DNA from: a virus | DNA length: 64,000 nt | Virus record (IMG/VR): IMGVR_UViG_3300032770_000005 | Coordinates: 64,001 to 128,000 of that record | Direction: 5' to 3' (one strand) | Shown: in pieces, positions 9,375 to 19,225 of the stretch | How the letters are laid out: the number at the start of each line of letters is the position of its first letter | How positions within the stretch are numbered: the first letter of the stretch is position 1 | Notes under the pieces: model-generated | Databases searched by the model: none | The model's input: only the letters and a program-made list of their open reading frames with translations | Told to the model about the DNA's origin: nothing | Translations under genes and position numbers: made by a program

Positions 9375-9420
9375 GCAGCGATGGTAGCAGGGGCATGGCG
9401 CTCAGTGTAGGATGGCGGTC

Positions 9421-10182
9421 ATGCTCCAGGGGTACGGCCAAGATCTGCATTCGGGCGCGGGCACGGAATGGGACGAGCTGACCAAGCGCGTCCACTGGCC
9501 GCTCGGCGCCGTGATGACGTCCGCCTACGCCGAGCCGCTTCGAGCGCTGCGGCTGCACGACCCTGTCGAGCAGCGACTCGGGTACGGCGGCTTCGGTGCC
9601 GCGTACCGCGTGCGGCTACGCGGCATCGATAGCGTGCTGAAGCTGACGCGAGACCCGTACGAGGTCATCGCGGCCTGGAACCTGAAGCGCAAGCACACCA
9701 AGCGCGTGGTCCCGGTGTACGAGGTCTGGTCGCTCCCGAAGCTCCAGCAGTACGACCACTGGGCGTCGTGGTGGGTGGTCCATCGTGGCTACCTCGCGCC
9801 GCTGTCGAAGGCCGACCTCGACCTCACCGAGCTGATCTTCGACCTCTGGGACGACGACGACCTCGACCTGAGCGTGCCGCGGCACGGCGAGGTCGGGCGC
9901 AGCATGCGCTCGAAGTGGAAGATCGTGCTCGATCAGGAGACAGATCTGAACGGCCAGGAGAAGGCACGCCTGCTGCTGCTGCTCGACCAGATCGCATTCG
10001 GCATCCGCGAGATGGGCCAGCACGGCATCGACTGGACGGACATCATGCCCGACAACCTGCTCCGGGCTCCCGACGGCGGCATGATGATCGCGGACTTCGG
10101 GTTCGGTCGCCCCAAGAAGGACTCGGACGTCAACCCGCCAGAGCTGACCGTGCAGCTCGCTCGCGAGTACGCTGGTGGCTGA
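9421..10182 (+). CDS. protein kinase-like protein
   Basis: LGYGGFGAAY, VLKLT, TDIMPDNLL, IADFG. Start 9412 or 9421. Confidence 0.85.
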   Translation: MLQGYGQDLHSGAGTEWDELTKRVHWPLGAVMTSAYAEPLRALRLHDPVEQRLGYGGFGAAYRVRLRGIDSVLKLTRDPYEVIAAWNLKRKHTKRVVPVYEVWSLPKLQQYDHWASWWVVHRGYLAPLSKADLDLTELIFDLWDDDDLDLSVPRHGEVGRSMRSKWKIVLDQETDLNGQEKARLLLLLDQIAFGIREMGQHGIDWTDIMPDNLLRAPDGGMMIADFGFGRPKKDSDVNPPELTVQLAREYAGG

Positions 10183-10598
10183 TGCGCTGGGGCGCAGCCG
10201 GCGCTGGGCTACTGCTGGTCGCTTCTGACACGCGCCGAGTTCTGCTGCTGCTGAGGAGCGCGGGCGTCACGGAGCCAGGCACGTGGGGCGTGCCAGGCGG
10301 CCGTCTCGAACCCGGCGAGGCTCCGCTCGATGGCGCCATGCGCGAGGCGGCCGAGGAGATCGACTTCCGCGGCCCGGTCGCGATCGTCGGCAGCTACGTG
10401 TACCGCGAGAGCGGCTTCGAGTTCACGACCTTCGTCGGGATGGTGGAATCGGAGTTCCGACCGCGCCTGAACTGGGAGAGCGATGACGCGCGGTGGTTCA
10501 TGCCGGACGAGTGGCCGGACAATCTTCACTTCGGCGTGCGGCACGTGCTTCAGACCATGCTTATCCGGTTGTCGCCCACGCCAAGTAGACAGAGATAG
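10182..10598 (+). CDS. NUDIX hydrolase, C-terminus displaced by an insertion
   Basis: Nudix box GGRLEPGEAPLDGAMREAAEEI. Confidence 0.9.
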   Translation: MRWGAAGAGLLLVASDTRRVLLLLRSAGVTEPGTWGVPGGRLEPGEAPLDGAMREAAEEIDFRGPVAIVGSYVYRESGFEFTTFVGMVESEFRPRLNWESDDARWFMPDEWPDNLHFGVRHVLQTMLIRLSPTPSRQR

Positions 10599-11040
10599 CG
10601 ATGTTCTGTAGGATTCTTTCGCAAGGGAGCGTTTCCATGAGGAAAAAAACCAAGCGAACGACACGGAACACAGCGCAGGTGTGGGATTACGATGATATCC
10701 GCGACCCGACAGACAAGACGTACATGCTGACATTCCAACCGTACTTGGAAACGCCAGACGGTCAGAAGGCGGAACTGACGATCGGCTACCTACCGCGTCG
10801 TCGTGGCTACGGCTACGGAAGGTGGGAAGAGTTCTTCCTCACTCTGCCAGAAGCGAGGCGTCGCATGGACTTTCTTGCATCCGCAAGGGCGATCGAGGAC
10901 GCCGAGATCCGAAAGGAAATCCCAGGCGGCGGGATGATGACCACACTCGTGGACGCATGGCGCGACGAAGAGGGCGACGAAGACTGAGACATTCGCCGGG
11001 GCTTGGAGCGCTGTTTTTGGGCAAAAACCGGATGAGCATG
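10556..11040. mobile_element. non-autonomous cargo cassette, copy 2 (485 bp, 15-bp TIR, 8-bp TSD)
   Basis: CATGCTTATCCGGTT / AACCGGATGAGCATG ends; CTTCAGAC duplicated at 10548-10555 and 11041-11048. Confidence 0.85.
10637..10987 (+). CDS. hypothetical cargo protein with basic N-terminus
   Basis: MRKKTKRTTRN...; lower GC than the flanks. Confidence 0.7.
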   Translation: MRKKTKRTTRNTAQVWDYDDIRDPTDKTYMLTFQPYLETPDGQKAELTIGYLPRRRGYGYGRWEEFFLTLPEARRRMDFLASARAIEDAEIRKEIPGGGMMTTLVDAWRDEEGDED

Positions 11041-11183
11041 CTTCAGACGAGCCGGCCGGCCGCTGCTGCGCCGGTCCGCGCCTGCGTGTGGTGCAGCGGC
11101 ACCGGCACGATCCCCGCGACGCGGATGATCTGTCGGACGTGCGGGGGGGACTGGCTTCGGCGTCTGAAGAGCAGCTGCGCGAG

Positions 11184-13244
11184 TCAGATTAGGGACAGCT
11201 GACCGGCGGGCGCGGCGACCCTTTTGCCGACCTCTTCGGTTGGCGTCACGCCGAACTCGGGCAGGTAGGGCGAGACGGTCACCTCGTCGACCGTCGCGTC
11301 ATCGGCGTAGGCGTGCGAGTAGAACCACAGCTCTTGCGCGGCGCGAGTCACCGCGACGTACAGCAGCCTGCGCTCGTCGGTCGGATTGCCCCAGGGCACG
11401 GGCCAGATCTTGCTCGTCATGCCGGGCATGTACACGACCTGCCACTCGGCGCCCTTCACGCGGTGCACGGTGCTGATGGTCACCGCGTTGCGTGAGGCCG
11501 CCGCACGACGCTGCGCGACGTGTAGCTCGTCGACGGTGTCGAGCAGCTCGGCGAGCGTGTTGAACGCGCTCATGAAGTCGACGACGCGGTCGAAGTTCAT
11601 GCCGGCGTCGACGTCGGGCTCGGCCTCGCTGGCACTCGCGATCCAGCGCCCGAAGTCGGTCACCTTGCAGATCTTCTCGAAGAGCTGCCGCGGCGTGGCG
11701 TTCTTCGCGAGCGACGTGCGCCAGTCGCGCACCTTCCACATGAAGTCGTGAGCGTTGCCCGTGTACCGGCGATCGTGGACGACGGACAGCCCCTCCATCA
11801 GGTCGATCCAGTCGAAGCCGTTGGTGGTCTCCTGAGGAGCAGCCTTCGTCACGGCGTCGGTGAACACGCGTCCGAGATAGCGCGTGGGCGACAGGATGGC
11901 CTCGGTGAAGTCGCTGTGGTCTGCCCGGTTCGCGATCACGCGCATGTACGCGAGGACGACCTTGGTCGCCTTGGCCGCGAAGAAGCTAGCGCCGGCAGCG
12001 ACGCGGCACGGGATCTTGGCCTTGAGCAGCTCCAGCTCGATCGGAGCGCTCTGAGCGTTGACGCGAAGGAGGATCGCCTGATCGCGCCACTCGATGCCGG
12101 ACTCGTGGTGCGCGTTGATGTTGCGCGCCAGATCGACCGCCTCGGCCGACGGAGCGTCATGCACGCGATAGCCCAGGAAGCCGACGTCCGATCGTGTGCC
12201 GATCATCTTCATCGGCAGGCGTGCGCTGAGCGGGATGCCCGCGAGCGCGATGTTGCCGCTCTCGATGATCTTGCTGGCGCTCCGGAAGTTGTGCTCCATG
12301 TACACGACGCGGACGTTCGGGCGCTTGGCGAACGCGAGGAAGTGCTCGGGGCGAGCGCCGCGAAAGCTGTAGATGCACTGGCCTGGGTCGCCGACGATCG
12401 TCAGGTTGCGCGTGCGTCGAGCGAGCGCGTCCACGATGCGCCACTGCGCTTCGCAGAGGTCCTGCGCCTCGTCGACGACGACGTAGTCGAACTGCTCCTG
12501 CCAGCGAGCGAGCAGGCCAGGATCGCGGTCGAACGCGCGCACCGACTCGACGAGCAGATCGTCGAAGCCCACGAACCGCGCCCGCGTCGCGTTGTCGTGG
12601 AGCAGCACGCCCTGCGTGTCGCGTACCGTCTCGGCAGCGAAGAAGATGGCGATCAGGTCGTCGGGATGCTGCGCGCAGTCACGCTTCGCTCGGATCACCG
12701 CCTCCGCCGCGTCGAGCAGCTGCGGCGCGGTGAGTCCGAGCAGCCGCTGGTCGACGACCTCGTCGGTCACGAGCATGTCGTTCTTCACTCGCGACGAGAA
12801 GCGTCGGACCACGTCGAGGTCGAAGGTCCCCTGCCGGATGCCGAGCGTGTTGACCGCCTCGCGGATCGCGCGGTTCTGGAGGCTGCCGTTCTTGTCGAGC
12901 GTGAACCCCCTGGCACCCGACGTATCGGACCAGATCGAATGCGCGAGCGAATGGAGCGTGCGCGCGACGGTGACGTCGCCCTTGAGGCCGAGACGCTTCT
13001 TGAGCTTGCGGTTGAGCTGCGTGGCCGCGTCGACGTTGAAGGCCAAGAGGCAGATCTTGTCCAGCGGGACGCCGCTCTGCGCGAGCCGCGCCGTGCGCTC
13101 GATGAGCGTCGTGGACTTGCCGCTGCCGGCGACGGCGCCGACGAGCATGAGCCCGAGGTTGTGCTCGATCACGACCTGCTGCGCCGGCGTGAACGTGGGT
13201 CCCGCCGCCGGCGCCTCGGCCTTCTTCTTCCGCTTCGCACTCAC
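11184..13244 (-). CDS. uvrD: UvrD/Rep/PcrA-family SF1 helicase
   Basis: AVAGSGKST, VVVDEAQD, VGDPGQCIYSFRGA, NFRS, TVHRVKGAEW, ERRLLYVAVTRA. Confidence 0.95.
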   Translation of the reverse strand: MSAKRKKKAEAPAAGPTFTPAQQVVIEHNLGLMLVGAVAGSGKSTTLIERTARLAQSGVPLDKICLLAFNVDAATQLNRKLKKRLGLKGDVTVARTLHSLAHSIWSDTSGARGFTLDKNGSLQNRAIREAVNTLGIRQGTFDLDVVRRFSSRVKNDMLVTDEVVDQRLLGLTAPQLLDAAEAVIRAKRDCAQHPDDLIAIFFAAETVRDTQGVLLHDNATRARFVGFDDLLVESVRAFDRDPGLLARWQEQFDYVVVDEAQDLCEAQWRIVDALARRTRNLTIVGDPGQCIYSFRGARPEHFLAFAKRPNVRVVYMEHNFRSASKIIESGNIALAGIPLSARLPMKMIGTRSDVGFLGYRVHDAPSAEAVDLARNINAHHESGIEWRDQAILLRVNAQSAPIELELLKAKIPCRVAAGASFFAAKATKVVLAYMRVIANRADHSDFTEAILSPTRYLGRVFTDAVTKAAPQETTNGFDWIDLMEGLSVVHDRRYTGNAHDFMWKVRDWRTSLAKNATPRQLFEKICKVTDFGRWIASASEAEPDVDAGMNFDRVVDFMSAFNTLAELLDTVDELHVAQRRAAASRNAVTISTVHRVKGAEWQVVYMPGMTSKIWPVPWGNPTDERRLLYVAVTRAAQELWFYSHAYADDATVDEVTVSPYLPEFGVTPTEEVGKRVAAPAGQLSLI

Positions 13245-13924
13245 TCGCGTAGGGCTGGCCTCACGTACCCGGTGTTGGCCGTGAAGCCGTCGCAGTGAAC
13301 CTCGATGAGGCCCACAGCGTCTGCGTGTCGGTGATCGATGCGGCCGCCCCAGTCGGTGATCGGCTCGTCGCACAGGTAGAGCGCGGTGGGACCGGGCGCG
13401 AAGTCGTCGAGCGTCATGCGTGCGATCCCGCTCGCGAGACGCCATGCGTGCGTCCAGGCCCGCACGGCGTGATGCCACGGCACGGACCCGCGCCAGTGGA
13501 GCGGCGTCGCCGAGAACGGCGCGTCACCGACGTACATGGTCCACGCGTTGATGTCGCCGGGGGACGGCTCCATGAGGCGCCCGTGGGAGTAGGCGAGCGC
13601 GAACGCGAGGTAGCGCTGTGCGAACGACAGCGCGGTGCCTGCCTGACGCATGCGCTCGGCCCCGCGCAGCAGCACCTGATGCAGCAGGTAGCAGTCGTCG
13701 CCCCAGAGGACCCCGTGGTCTCGCTGCTGCACCCATCGGTCGACGGTCCCGTCCTCGTCCTCGTCGAGGCCGTAGGGCAGAGACGCCTCGTGCACGCACA
13801 GCGACGTGAGCACGCGTACGGGCGTCCATGGCTGACCACCCGGCGATCGCGTGGGCAGCTGAGCAGCCGCGTGGCCGCACATGAGCCCGAGAACGAGAAC
13901 AGCTACGATGATGTTGGTACGCAT
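13241..13924 (-). CDS. secreted protein, possibly SleB-like cell wall hydrolase
   Basis: Signal peptide; LTSLCVHEA resembles the catalytic Glu motif only weakly. Confidence 0.45.
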   Translation of the reverse strand: MRTNIIVAVLVLGLMCGHAAAQLPTRSPGGQPWTPVRVLTSLCVHEASLPYGLDEDEDGTVDRWVQQRDHGVLWGDDCYLLHQVLLRGAERMRQAGTALSFAQRYLAFALAYSHGRLMEPSPGDINAWTMYVGDAPFSATPLHWRGSVPWHHAVRAWTHAWRLASGIARMTLDDFAPGPTALYLCDEPITDWGGRIDHRHADAVGLIEVHCDGFTANTGYVRPALRE

Positions 13925-14000
13925 CGGCTCGTCTTAGACCGAGTCACAGAACGGCGCCAAGCGGGCATCATGCAACATGCCCGCTTGGCACACGATCTGC

Positions 14001-14921
14001 CTACTCCGCGTCGCTCAGCACGCCGGCGTCGCGCAGCGCCTTGCGGAGCCCGGGCACCTTGCGGTCCCAGGAGCCGTCTTCGCCGATGATCCACGCGAGC
14101 AGCGCACGCGCGGAGTGGTCGAGGCCGCCGACGAACTCCTCGTTCGCGTGGACCTTGCGGAGCACGCTGACGCTGATGCCCTTGCCGCGCAGCGAGGGCC
14201 CGTTCTTGCTCTGCCCGCGCTTCACGCGCCCGCGCTCCGCACGCTGCCGCCTGGCCTCGGGCACGGAGATCACCACGCCGGCCTCGATCGCCGCCGCGAT
14301 CTTCGCGTCCTGCTCCTCCTGCGACATGTCCGCGTACGTCGCCGCCGCGGTCGCCGTGATCAGCCCCTTCTCGACGAGCCCCTGCATCTTGGGGGACAGC
14401 TCCAGCACGCGCAGATGGTTCTTCAGGACCTCCAGCGTCATGCCCATCTTGCGCGCCACGACCTCCTCGGACTCGCCGCGCGACAGCAGCCGGCGCGCGT
14501 TCCTCGCGCTCGTGAGCATGTCGTCGTCGTGACGGATGCGGTTCTCCGCCTCGATCGCGCCGGTGAGCCCGCTCTCGTCGTTGTCCTTGCGCAAGACCGA
14601 GCGAAGGAAGAACGAGGGGGCGTCGCCCGCAGCGCGGAGCTGCTTCTTCACCTCGCGTCCCGCCAGCACGCGGTTGCGCCCAACCACGCACTCCACCTTG
14701 TCGCCGTTCTTGCGGACGACGATGTTCTGCTGCTGTCCCTCGGCGATGAGCGAGGCGACCAGCCCGGGGCGCGAGAAGCCCTCGCGCTTGAGCTTCATCA
14801 CCCGCTCGTTCACGAGCGGATGCTCCAGCCCGTCCTTCGTGTCGTACCCGACGATCACGATCTCGTCGGGGTCCAGCAGCCACAGGTTCTCTCGCGACGC
14901 ATCCAACGCGGTCTTCGCCAT
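14001..14921 (-). CDS. ParB-like protein with HTH
   Basis: SLIAEGQQQNIVV, VVGRNRVLA, EAENRIR, then an HTH. Confidence 0.85.
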   Translation of the reverse strand: MAKTALDASRENLWLLDPDEIVIVGYDTKDGLEHPLVNERVMKLKREGFSRPGLVASLIAEGQQQNIVVRKNGDKVECVVGRNRVLAGREVKKQLRAAGDAPSFFLRSVLRKDNDESGLTGAIEAENRIRHDDDMLTSARNARRLLSRGESEEVVARKMGMTLEVLKNHLRVLELSPKMQGLVEKGLITATAAATYADMSQEEQDAKIAAAIEAGVVISVPEARRQRAERGRVKRGQSKNGPSLRGKGISVSVLRKVHANEEFVGGLDHSARALLAWIIGEDGSWDRKVPGLRKALRDAGVLSDAE

Positions 14922-14948
14922 CTCACACGCTCCTTTCAGTTCGCACCA

Positions 14949-15251
14949 CTACCACTTCAGAACGAGCTGCGCGCTGACGTCGACCACGATCGGGTCGGCG
15001 CGCAGCAGCATGATCTCGGGCATGTTCGTCGCGTCGAGCTTCAGCGACGCGAGCGTCTTGCTCACGTCGGCCTTGCTGTCGCAGCGGTGCCGCGTGAACA
15101 GCCGCTCCTCGATGAGCTTGCCGTCGGGCAGCTCGATGTGCCGCACACCGGCCGCGATCAGCAGCCACAGCGGCTTGCGCACCGGCGCCTTCCGCTTCGG
15201 TTGCGCATCCGCGCTCTCGCCTCCGTCGACCTCGGTCTCGTCGTCGCTCAT
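14949..15251 (-). CDS. hypothetical protein
   Basis: GGAGG RBS; in operon with the ParB-like gene. Confidence 0.65.
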   Translation of the reverse strand: MSDDETEVDGGESADAQPKRKAPVRKPLWLLIAAGVRHIELPDGKLIEERLFTRHRCDSKADVSKTLASLKLDATNMPEIMLLRADPIVVDVSAQLVLKW

Positions 15252-15426
15252 GCCGGCCTCCGTGCCCAAGATTGCCGACCTGTACCGCATCACGATCTGT
15301 CCGACAAGTTCTTTCGACATACCCGTCCACAAAAAGTGACGCGCCTTGCGGACAGCCATTGCGGAGCCCGACGGAGGCGCGTACGTTCGTCTGCGTAAAC
15401 CGACTGTTCCAGTGAGGAGGCCCGCG

Positions 15427-15834
15427 ATGTCCGATTCGATCCCGCTGCACGAGAAGCTCTACGAGGCGTGCGCGCGTGCGGCACACGAGGTGAACCGCGC
15501 CTACTGCCGCTCGCTCGGCGACGACTCGCAGCCGGCGTGGGAAAACGCGCCCGAGTGGCAGAAGACGAGCGCTCGCAAGGGCGTGGAGGGCGCGCTAGCC
15601 GGCAACACGCCCGAGCAGTCGCACGAGTCCTGGCTCGCAGAAAAGCGAGCGACCGGATGGAGGTACGGCCCCGTCAAGAACCCGGACACGAAAGAGCATC
15701 CGTGCTTCGTGCCCTATGCGGAACTTCCGCCCGCTCAGCAGACGAAGGACGCGCTGTACCTCGCGACGGTGCGCGCGACCGCGCTCGCGTTCGAGGCTGG
15801 TCTTGCGGCGCAGGCGGCCCTTCGGCTGGAGTAA
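15427..15834 (+). CDS. RyR-domain phage protein
   Basis: AAHEVNRAYC, SHESWLAEK..GWRYG, HPCFVPYAELP. Confidence 0.9.
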   Translation: MSDSIPLHEKLYEACARAAHEVNRAYCRSLGDDSQPAWENAPEWQKTSARKGVEGALAGNTPEQSHESWLAEKRATGWRYGPVKNPDTKEHPCFVPYAELPPAQQTKDALYLATVRATALAFEAGLAAQAALRLE

Positions 15835-15945
15835 AGTCCGGCGCAGAGACTCGTGTCTGCCGTCGCTACTCGTCCTTCATCTCGACACGGCGTCGCAGGC
15901 ACCCCTGCGGTTCGCGGGCACATTCGGAAGCGGGCTGGTCACCAT

Positions 15946-16108
15946 GTCGCGAGCACGAGGCCCCCGCGCTGGCCAGACGCGCGCCGCGCCGGGCGTCACG
16001 TAGTCGACGTGTCGCGAGTACCAAGCCCTCGCGCTGGCTTCCGACCACGAGAGACGGGTCCACTACGTCCTCGACGCGAGCACGAAGCCCTCGCGCTGGC
16101 TTCGCCCC
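15946..16108 (-). CRISPR. degenerate CRISPR-like mini-array, 3 repeats plus a fragment at 15892
   Basis: Reverse-oriented repeats at 15946, 16011, 16073. Confidence 0.7.
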
Positions 16109-16109
16109 G

Positions 16110-16580
16110 AGCCGCCGTCTCGACTACGAGTGCCGCACGATCGTGGTGCGAGAGGCGCGGCTACACGTGCCCGCGAGCGAAGAGCAGGCCCTCGCGGCGA
16201 TCGACAACATGCTCGCGTTGCTCGACCGGGCGGCTGCGGGTGGCGAAGTCAGCGCACAGGAGTGGTCGGCCGCGATGGGCGCATCGCGCCGCGTGCAAGC
16301 GGTGACGTATGCGGCAGCGACGTATGCGGTAGCGGCGGCGGCGGAGACCGCGGACTGGTCGTGGTCGTGGTCGTCGAGGTCGTGGTCGTCGACGGAGGTA
16401 GTGGCGCCGCCGTGGGGGGCGTGGTGGGCGGCGATGCGGGAAGCGGCGTGGGCGGCGTGGGCGGCGCGACCGGCGCGGGCGACCGCGGAGGCGGCGGTGA
16501 AGCGGGCACCTGAGGACCGGATGATCGACCAGATGCTCTCGGCGATGGAGCGCGAAGTGCGCGCGCATGTGAGGCCCTAG
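16110..16580 (+). pseudogene. Ala/Trp-rich phage protein or 5'-truncated remnant
   Basis: Protein-like frame (AAWAAWAA...QMLSAMERE) with no clear RBS or start; abuts the repeats. Confidence 0.4.
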
Positions 16581-16584
16581 ACCA

Positions 16585-16645
16585 GCGGGTATAAGGGGTC
16601 TTACCCGTTGTCTACTTGACAAGCCTGCAACAGGCTGCGAAGATG
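16585..16645. promoter_or_regulatory. putative divergent promoter region with two palindromes
   Basis: TTGACA at 16616 followed by AGCCTGcaaCAGGCT; CGGGTA-N10-TACCCG upstream. Confidence 0.5.
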
Positions 16646-16654
16646 GGGGCCGAC

Positions 16655-17392
16655 ATGGGCGAAGAGAAGAAGAATCCCGACCTCGGCAGCGACGTGCGCG
16701 GGCTCGTGCAGGCCGTGCTCGACGATCGCCGTCTGCAAGACCTCCATCATCACGCGGTAGCTGCGGGCGTGCACGACGGGCGTGGCGACCAACGGCTCCG
16801 CAAGACGGAGAGCGCTCGCGTCAATGCGCTCCTGTGGGAGTTTGGCTTCGTCTCGGGCCTCGCGATCCTCGACGAGCATGACTCCGCGCGACTGCCCGAC
16901 CGCCTTCTCGCTCTTCTCGACATCGAGCTGCCGACGTGGCGCGACCGTGCCTGGGGCCAGCTGCTCGCGACGCATGTCGCTGGCGCGCAGCAGTTCGTGT
17001 TCTGGGTCGGGTCGGTCGACGTCATCATCGGCGACCTGCTTCCGCCGGAACCGTGGGAGCGCGCCGTGTGGCTCACGCGTGCCGCCGTCTATCGCGGCGA
17101 GGTGCGGCCGGAGCTGGGGCGCCGACTCTGGGAGGCGTGCACGCGCGAACCGCAGGGCGCGGGCGGGTCGCAAGAACTCGCTCGCTGTGCGGAGCTGGAG
17201 ATCGAACGCGCCAAGCTGGCCGCGCAGCTGGACGCGCTGCGCAAGGGCCGCAAGGCGATCGAAGCCGCGCTTGCTCTACTGCCTCAAGCCATGGTGAAGG
17301 TCTGGGAGACGTATCTGGGCGTCGCCGCCGCCGTGGATTGGGGCGCGAGCCCGGAGGCGAGCGGCACGCCCGACATCGAAGGCAAGCCGTGA
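16655..17392 (+). CDS. hypothetical protein, paralog of 17850-18839
   Basis: LDIELPTWR..AWG..ATH..EPWERAVW..RPELGRRLW, then a coiled coil. Confidence 0.7.
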   Translation: MGEEKKNPDLGSDVRGLVQAVLDDRRLQDLHHHAVAAGVHDGRGDQRLRKTESARVNALLWEFGFVSGLAILDEHDSARLPDRLLALLDIELPTWRDRAWGQLLATHVAGAQQFVFWVGSVDVIIGDLLPPEPWERAVWLTRAAVYRGEVRPELGRRLWEACTREPQGAGGSQELARCAELEIERAKLAAQLDALRKGRKAIEAALALLPQAMVKVWETYLGVAAAVDWGASPEASGTPDIEGKP

Positions 17393-17835
17393 CGCGAGAG
17401 AAGAAGGCGCCGAAGATCGGCGACGGAGGGGCGGACTGCACTTGCGACGGATGCGTCGCCGCGTGCAAGCACAAGCCCGGCTGGCTCGCGCCGGGGGACG
17501 CGGAGAAGATCGCGGCGCACCTCGACGTCCCGGTCGAGCGCCTGTTCCGCGAGAGGCTCGCGATCGACTGGTGGGTCGGCGGGGTCGACGGTGACGAGGA
17601 CGTGCTCGTCCTCTCGCCGGTCGCGGTGGGGCGCGAGCCCGGAGGCGAGTACGGCGAGGACCCCGGCGGCTGGTGCACGTTCCTCGTGAACGACCGCTGT
17701 TCGATCCACGCCGTGAAGCCGCGGGAGTGCCGCCTCGTCGGCCATCCGACGCCGCCAGATCTGCACCGGGAGATGGCGCGCATGTGGGAGACGGCGCAGG
17801 ACCAGATCGTCGAGCTGCGGAAGAACGCTCGCTAG
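17389..17835 (+). CDS. YkgJ-like cysteine-cluster (Zn/Fe-chelating) protein
   Basis: CTCDGCVAAC and CTFL..DRCSIHAVKPRECR. Confidence 0.85.
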   Translation: MTREKKAPKIGDGGADCTCDGCVAACKHKPGWLAPGDAEKIAAHLDVPVERLFRERLAIDWWVGGVDGDEDVLVLSPVAVGREPGGEYGEDPGGWCTFLVNDRCSIHAVKPRECRLVGHPTPPDLHREMARMWETAQDQIVELRKNAR

Positions 17836-17849
17836 AGGAGAGGCTGAAC

Positions 17850-18839
17850 ATGGACGAGCAGAAGAACACGTACGACGATGACTGCCCGCAGGCTCGCGTG
17901 GCCAAGGATGGCGTGCCCATCCGGGTCGACCTCGACCTCGTGTTCCATCGACTCGACATCGAGTTTCCTCGGTGGCGTACATGCGGATGGGGAGAAACGA
18001 TTGCGACGCACACCGACGAGCGCGGAGCGATCGTGTTCTACGTGGCTTCGCCACGCCTCCACGACTACATCTACAATCCTCCGCCAGACGAGCCCTGGGA
18101 GCGCGCCGTGTGGCTGGTGCGCACCAGGGTTCCGGTCCCGCCGCCTCTTCGGCCTGGGCTCAGCTCCTCCCTATGGGACACGTGGAGGTTCTCGGGTGCG
18201 CGCCAGCGCGAAGGACCGGCGCCGCAGCACGAAGCCTCCGTCCAGAACCGATCGGATGTGGGGCGACGAGAGCCGATGGACGAGCTGCCGGCGGGCGAGC
18301 CGGTGATGCTCGGCGGTGGACTGCTCGCCATTCTCGACGCCGAGCTGCCGACGTGGCGAACGCGTGCGTGGGGCGAGACGTTTGCGACGCACGCTCATGA
18401 GCGCGGGACGGCCGTGTTCTACGTGAACACGGCCGCTCAGAGCATCGAGCCGTGGGTGCGCGCCGGCATCGCGCCGGCCGAGCCGTGGGTGCGCGCGGCG
18501 TGGGTGGTACTCAGGAACGCGTACTTCCTGCCTTCGCTTCGGCCGGAGCTTGGGCGCCGGCTCTGGGACGCGCTCCATACGCGCGAGCCCGACGAGCGGG
18601 AGTTCACTCGCGACGAACTGCTGGCGCAGCTGAAGGAGGAGGGCGCGAGGAGCGCGGATCGACTGCGCGCCTGTGTCGGATGGGAGAACGAATGCCTCAA
18701 GCTGACGCGCAAGTGTGCCGCGCTGGAGGCGGAACTGGACGCCATGCGCGCACGGTGCGGTAAGGCGGAAGCGGCGATCGCTGCGCTGTATCGGGCGTAT
18801 CAGCAGGTCCACGACGTGGGCGACGCTCTGGGCCTCTGA
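17850..18839 (+). CDS. hypothetical protein with a duplicated domain
   Basis: Two copies of the LDxExPxWR/WGET.ATH/EPW domain. Confidence 0.7.
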   Translation: MDEQKNTYDDDCPQARVAKDGVPIRVDLDLVFHRLDIEFPRWRTCGWGETIATHTDERGAIVFYVASPRLHDYIYNPPPDEPWERAVWLVRTRVPVPPPLRPGLSSSLWDTWRFSGARQREGPAPQHEASVQNRSDVGRREPMDELPAGEPVMLGGGLLAILDAELPTWRTRAWGETFATHAHERGTAVFYVNTAAQSIEPWVRAGIAPAEPWVRAAWVVLRNAYFLPSLRPELGRRLWDALHTREPDEREFTRDELLAQLKEEGARSADRLRACVGWENECLKLTRKCAALEAELDAMRARCGKAEAAIAALYRAYQQVHDVGDALGL

Positions 18840-18862
18840 TGCGTCGAACGGCGGAGCAAGCC

Positions 18863-19225
18863 ATGAAGGTGATCGACGATCTCGAAGCGAAGCTCGCGGC
18901 GGCAACGCCCGGGCCGTGGCTGGCGGACGTGACGACGCCCGACGACGTGGTCATCTGGGGGCCCGAAGGAAGCGCCGGCGACGGCGACAGCACATTCATC
19001 TTGAACGTGGGCTCTACGCGCGTCAGTCGCGTCGGCGTGGCGTTCGATGCGGACGCCCGGAACGCTGTTCTGATCGCCGCCGCCGTCAACGCGCTGCCAG
19101 CGTTGCTCGCGGTCGTGAAGGCGGCGCAACGCGTGCAAGATGCGTGGATCCGATTCGGGCGCGATGCCGAGGCCGAGAACCACCTCTTCGATTGCCTCGC
19201 GGTGCTTGAGCGGCGCGACCAGTGA
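18863..19225 (+). CDS. Ead/Ea22-like phage protein
   Basis: AAATPGPW...NAVLIAAAVNALPALL. Confidence 0.75.
   Translation: MKVIDDLEAKLAAATPGPWLADVTTPDDVVIWGPEGSAGDGDSTFILNVGSTRVSRVGVAFDADARNAVLIAAAVNALPALLAVVKAAQRVQDAWIRFGRDAEAENHLFDCLAVLERRDQ

Noticed and set aside
11184-13244. UvrD helicase or MmcB-like nuclease as CRISPR-associated (Cas3/DinG/Cas4)
   Set aside because: Ordinary SF1 motifs with no HD domain; the nuclease lacks the Cas4 cysteine cluster.
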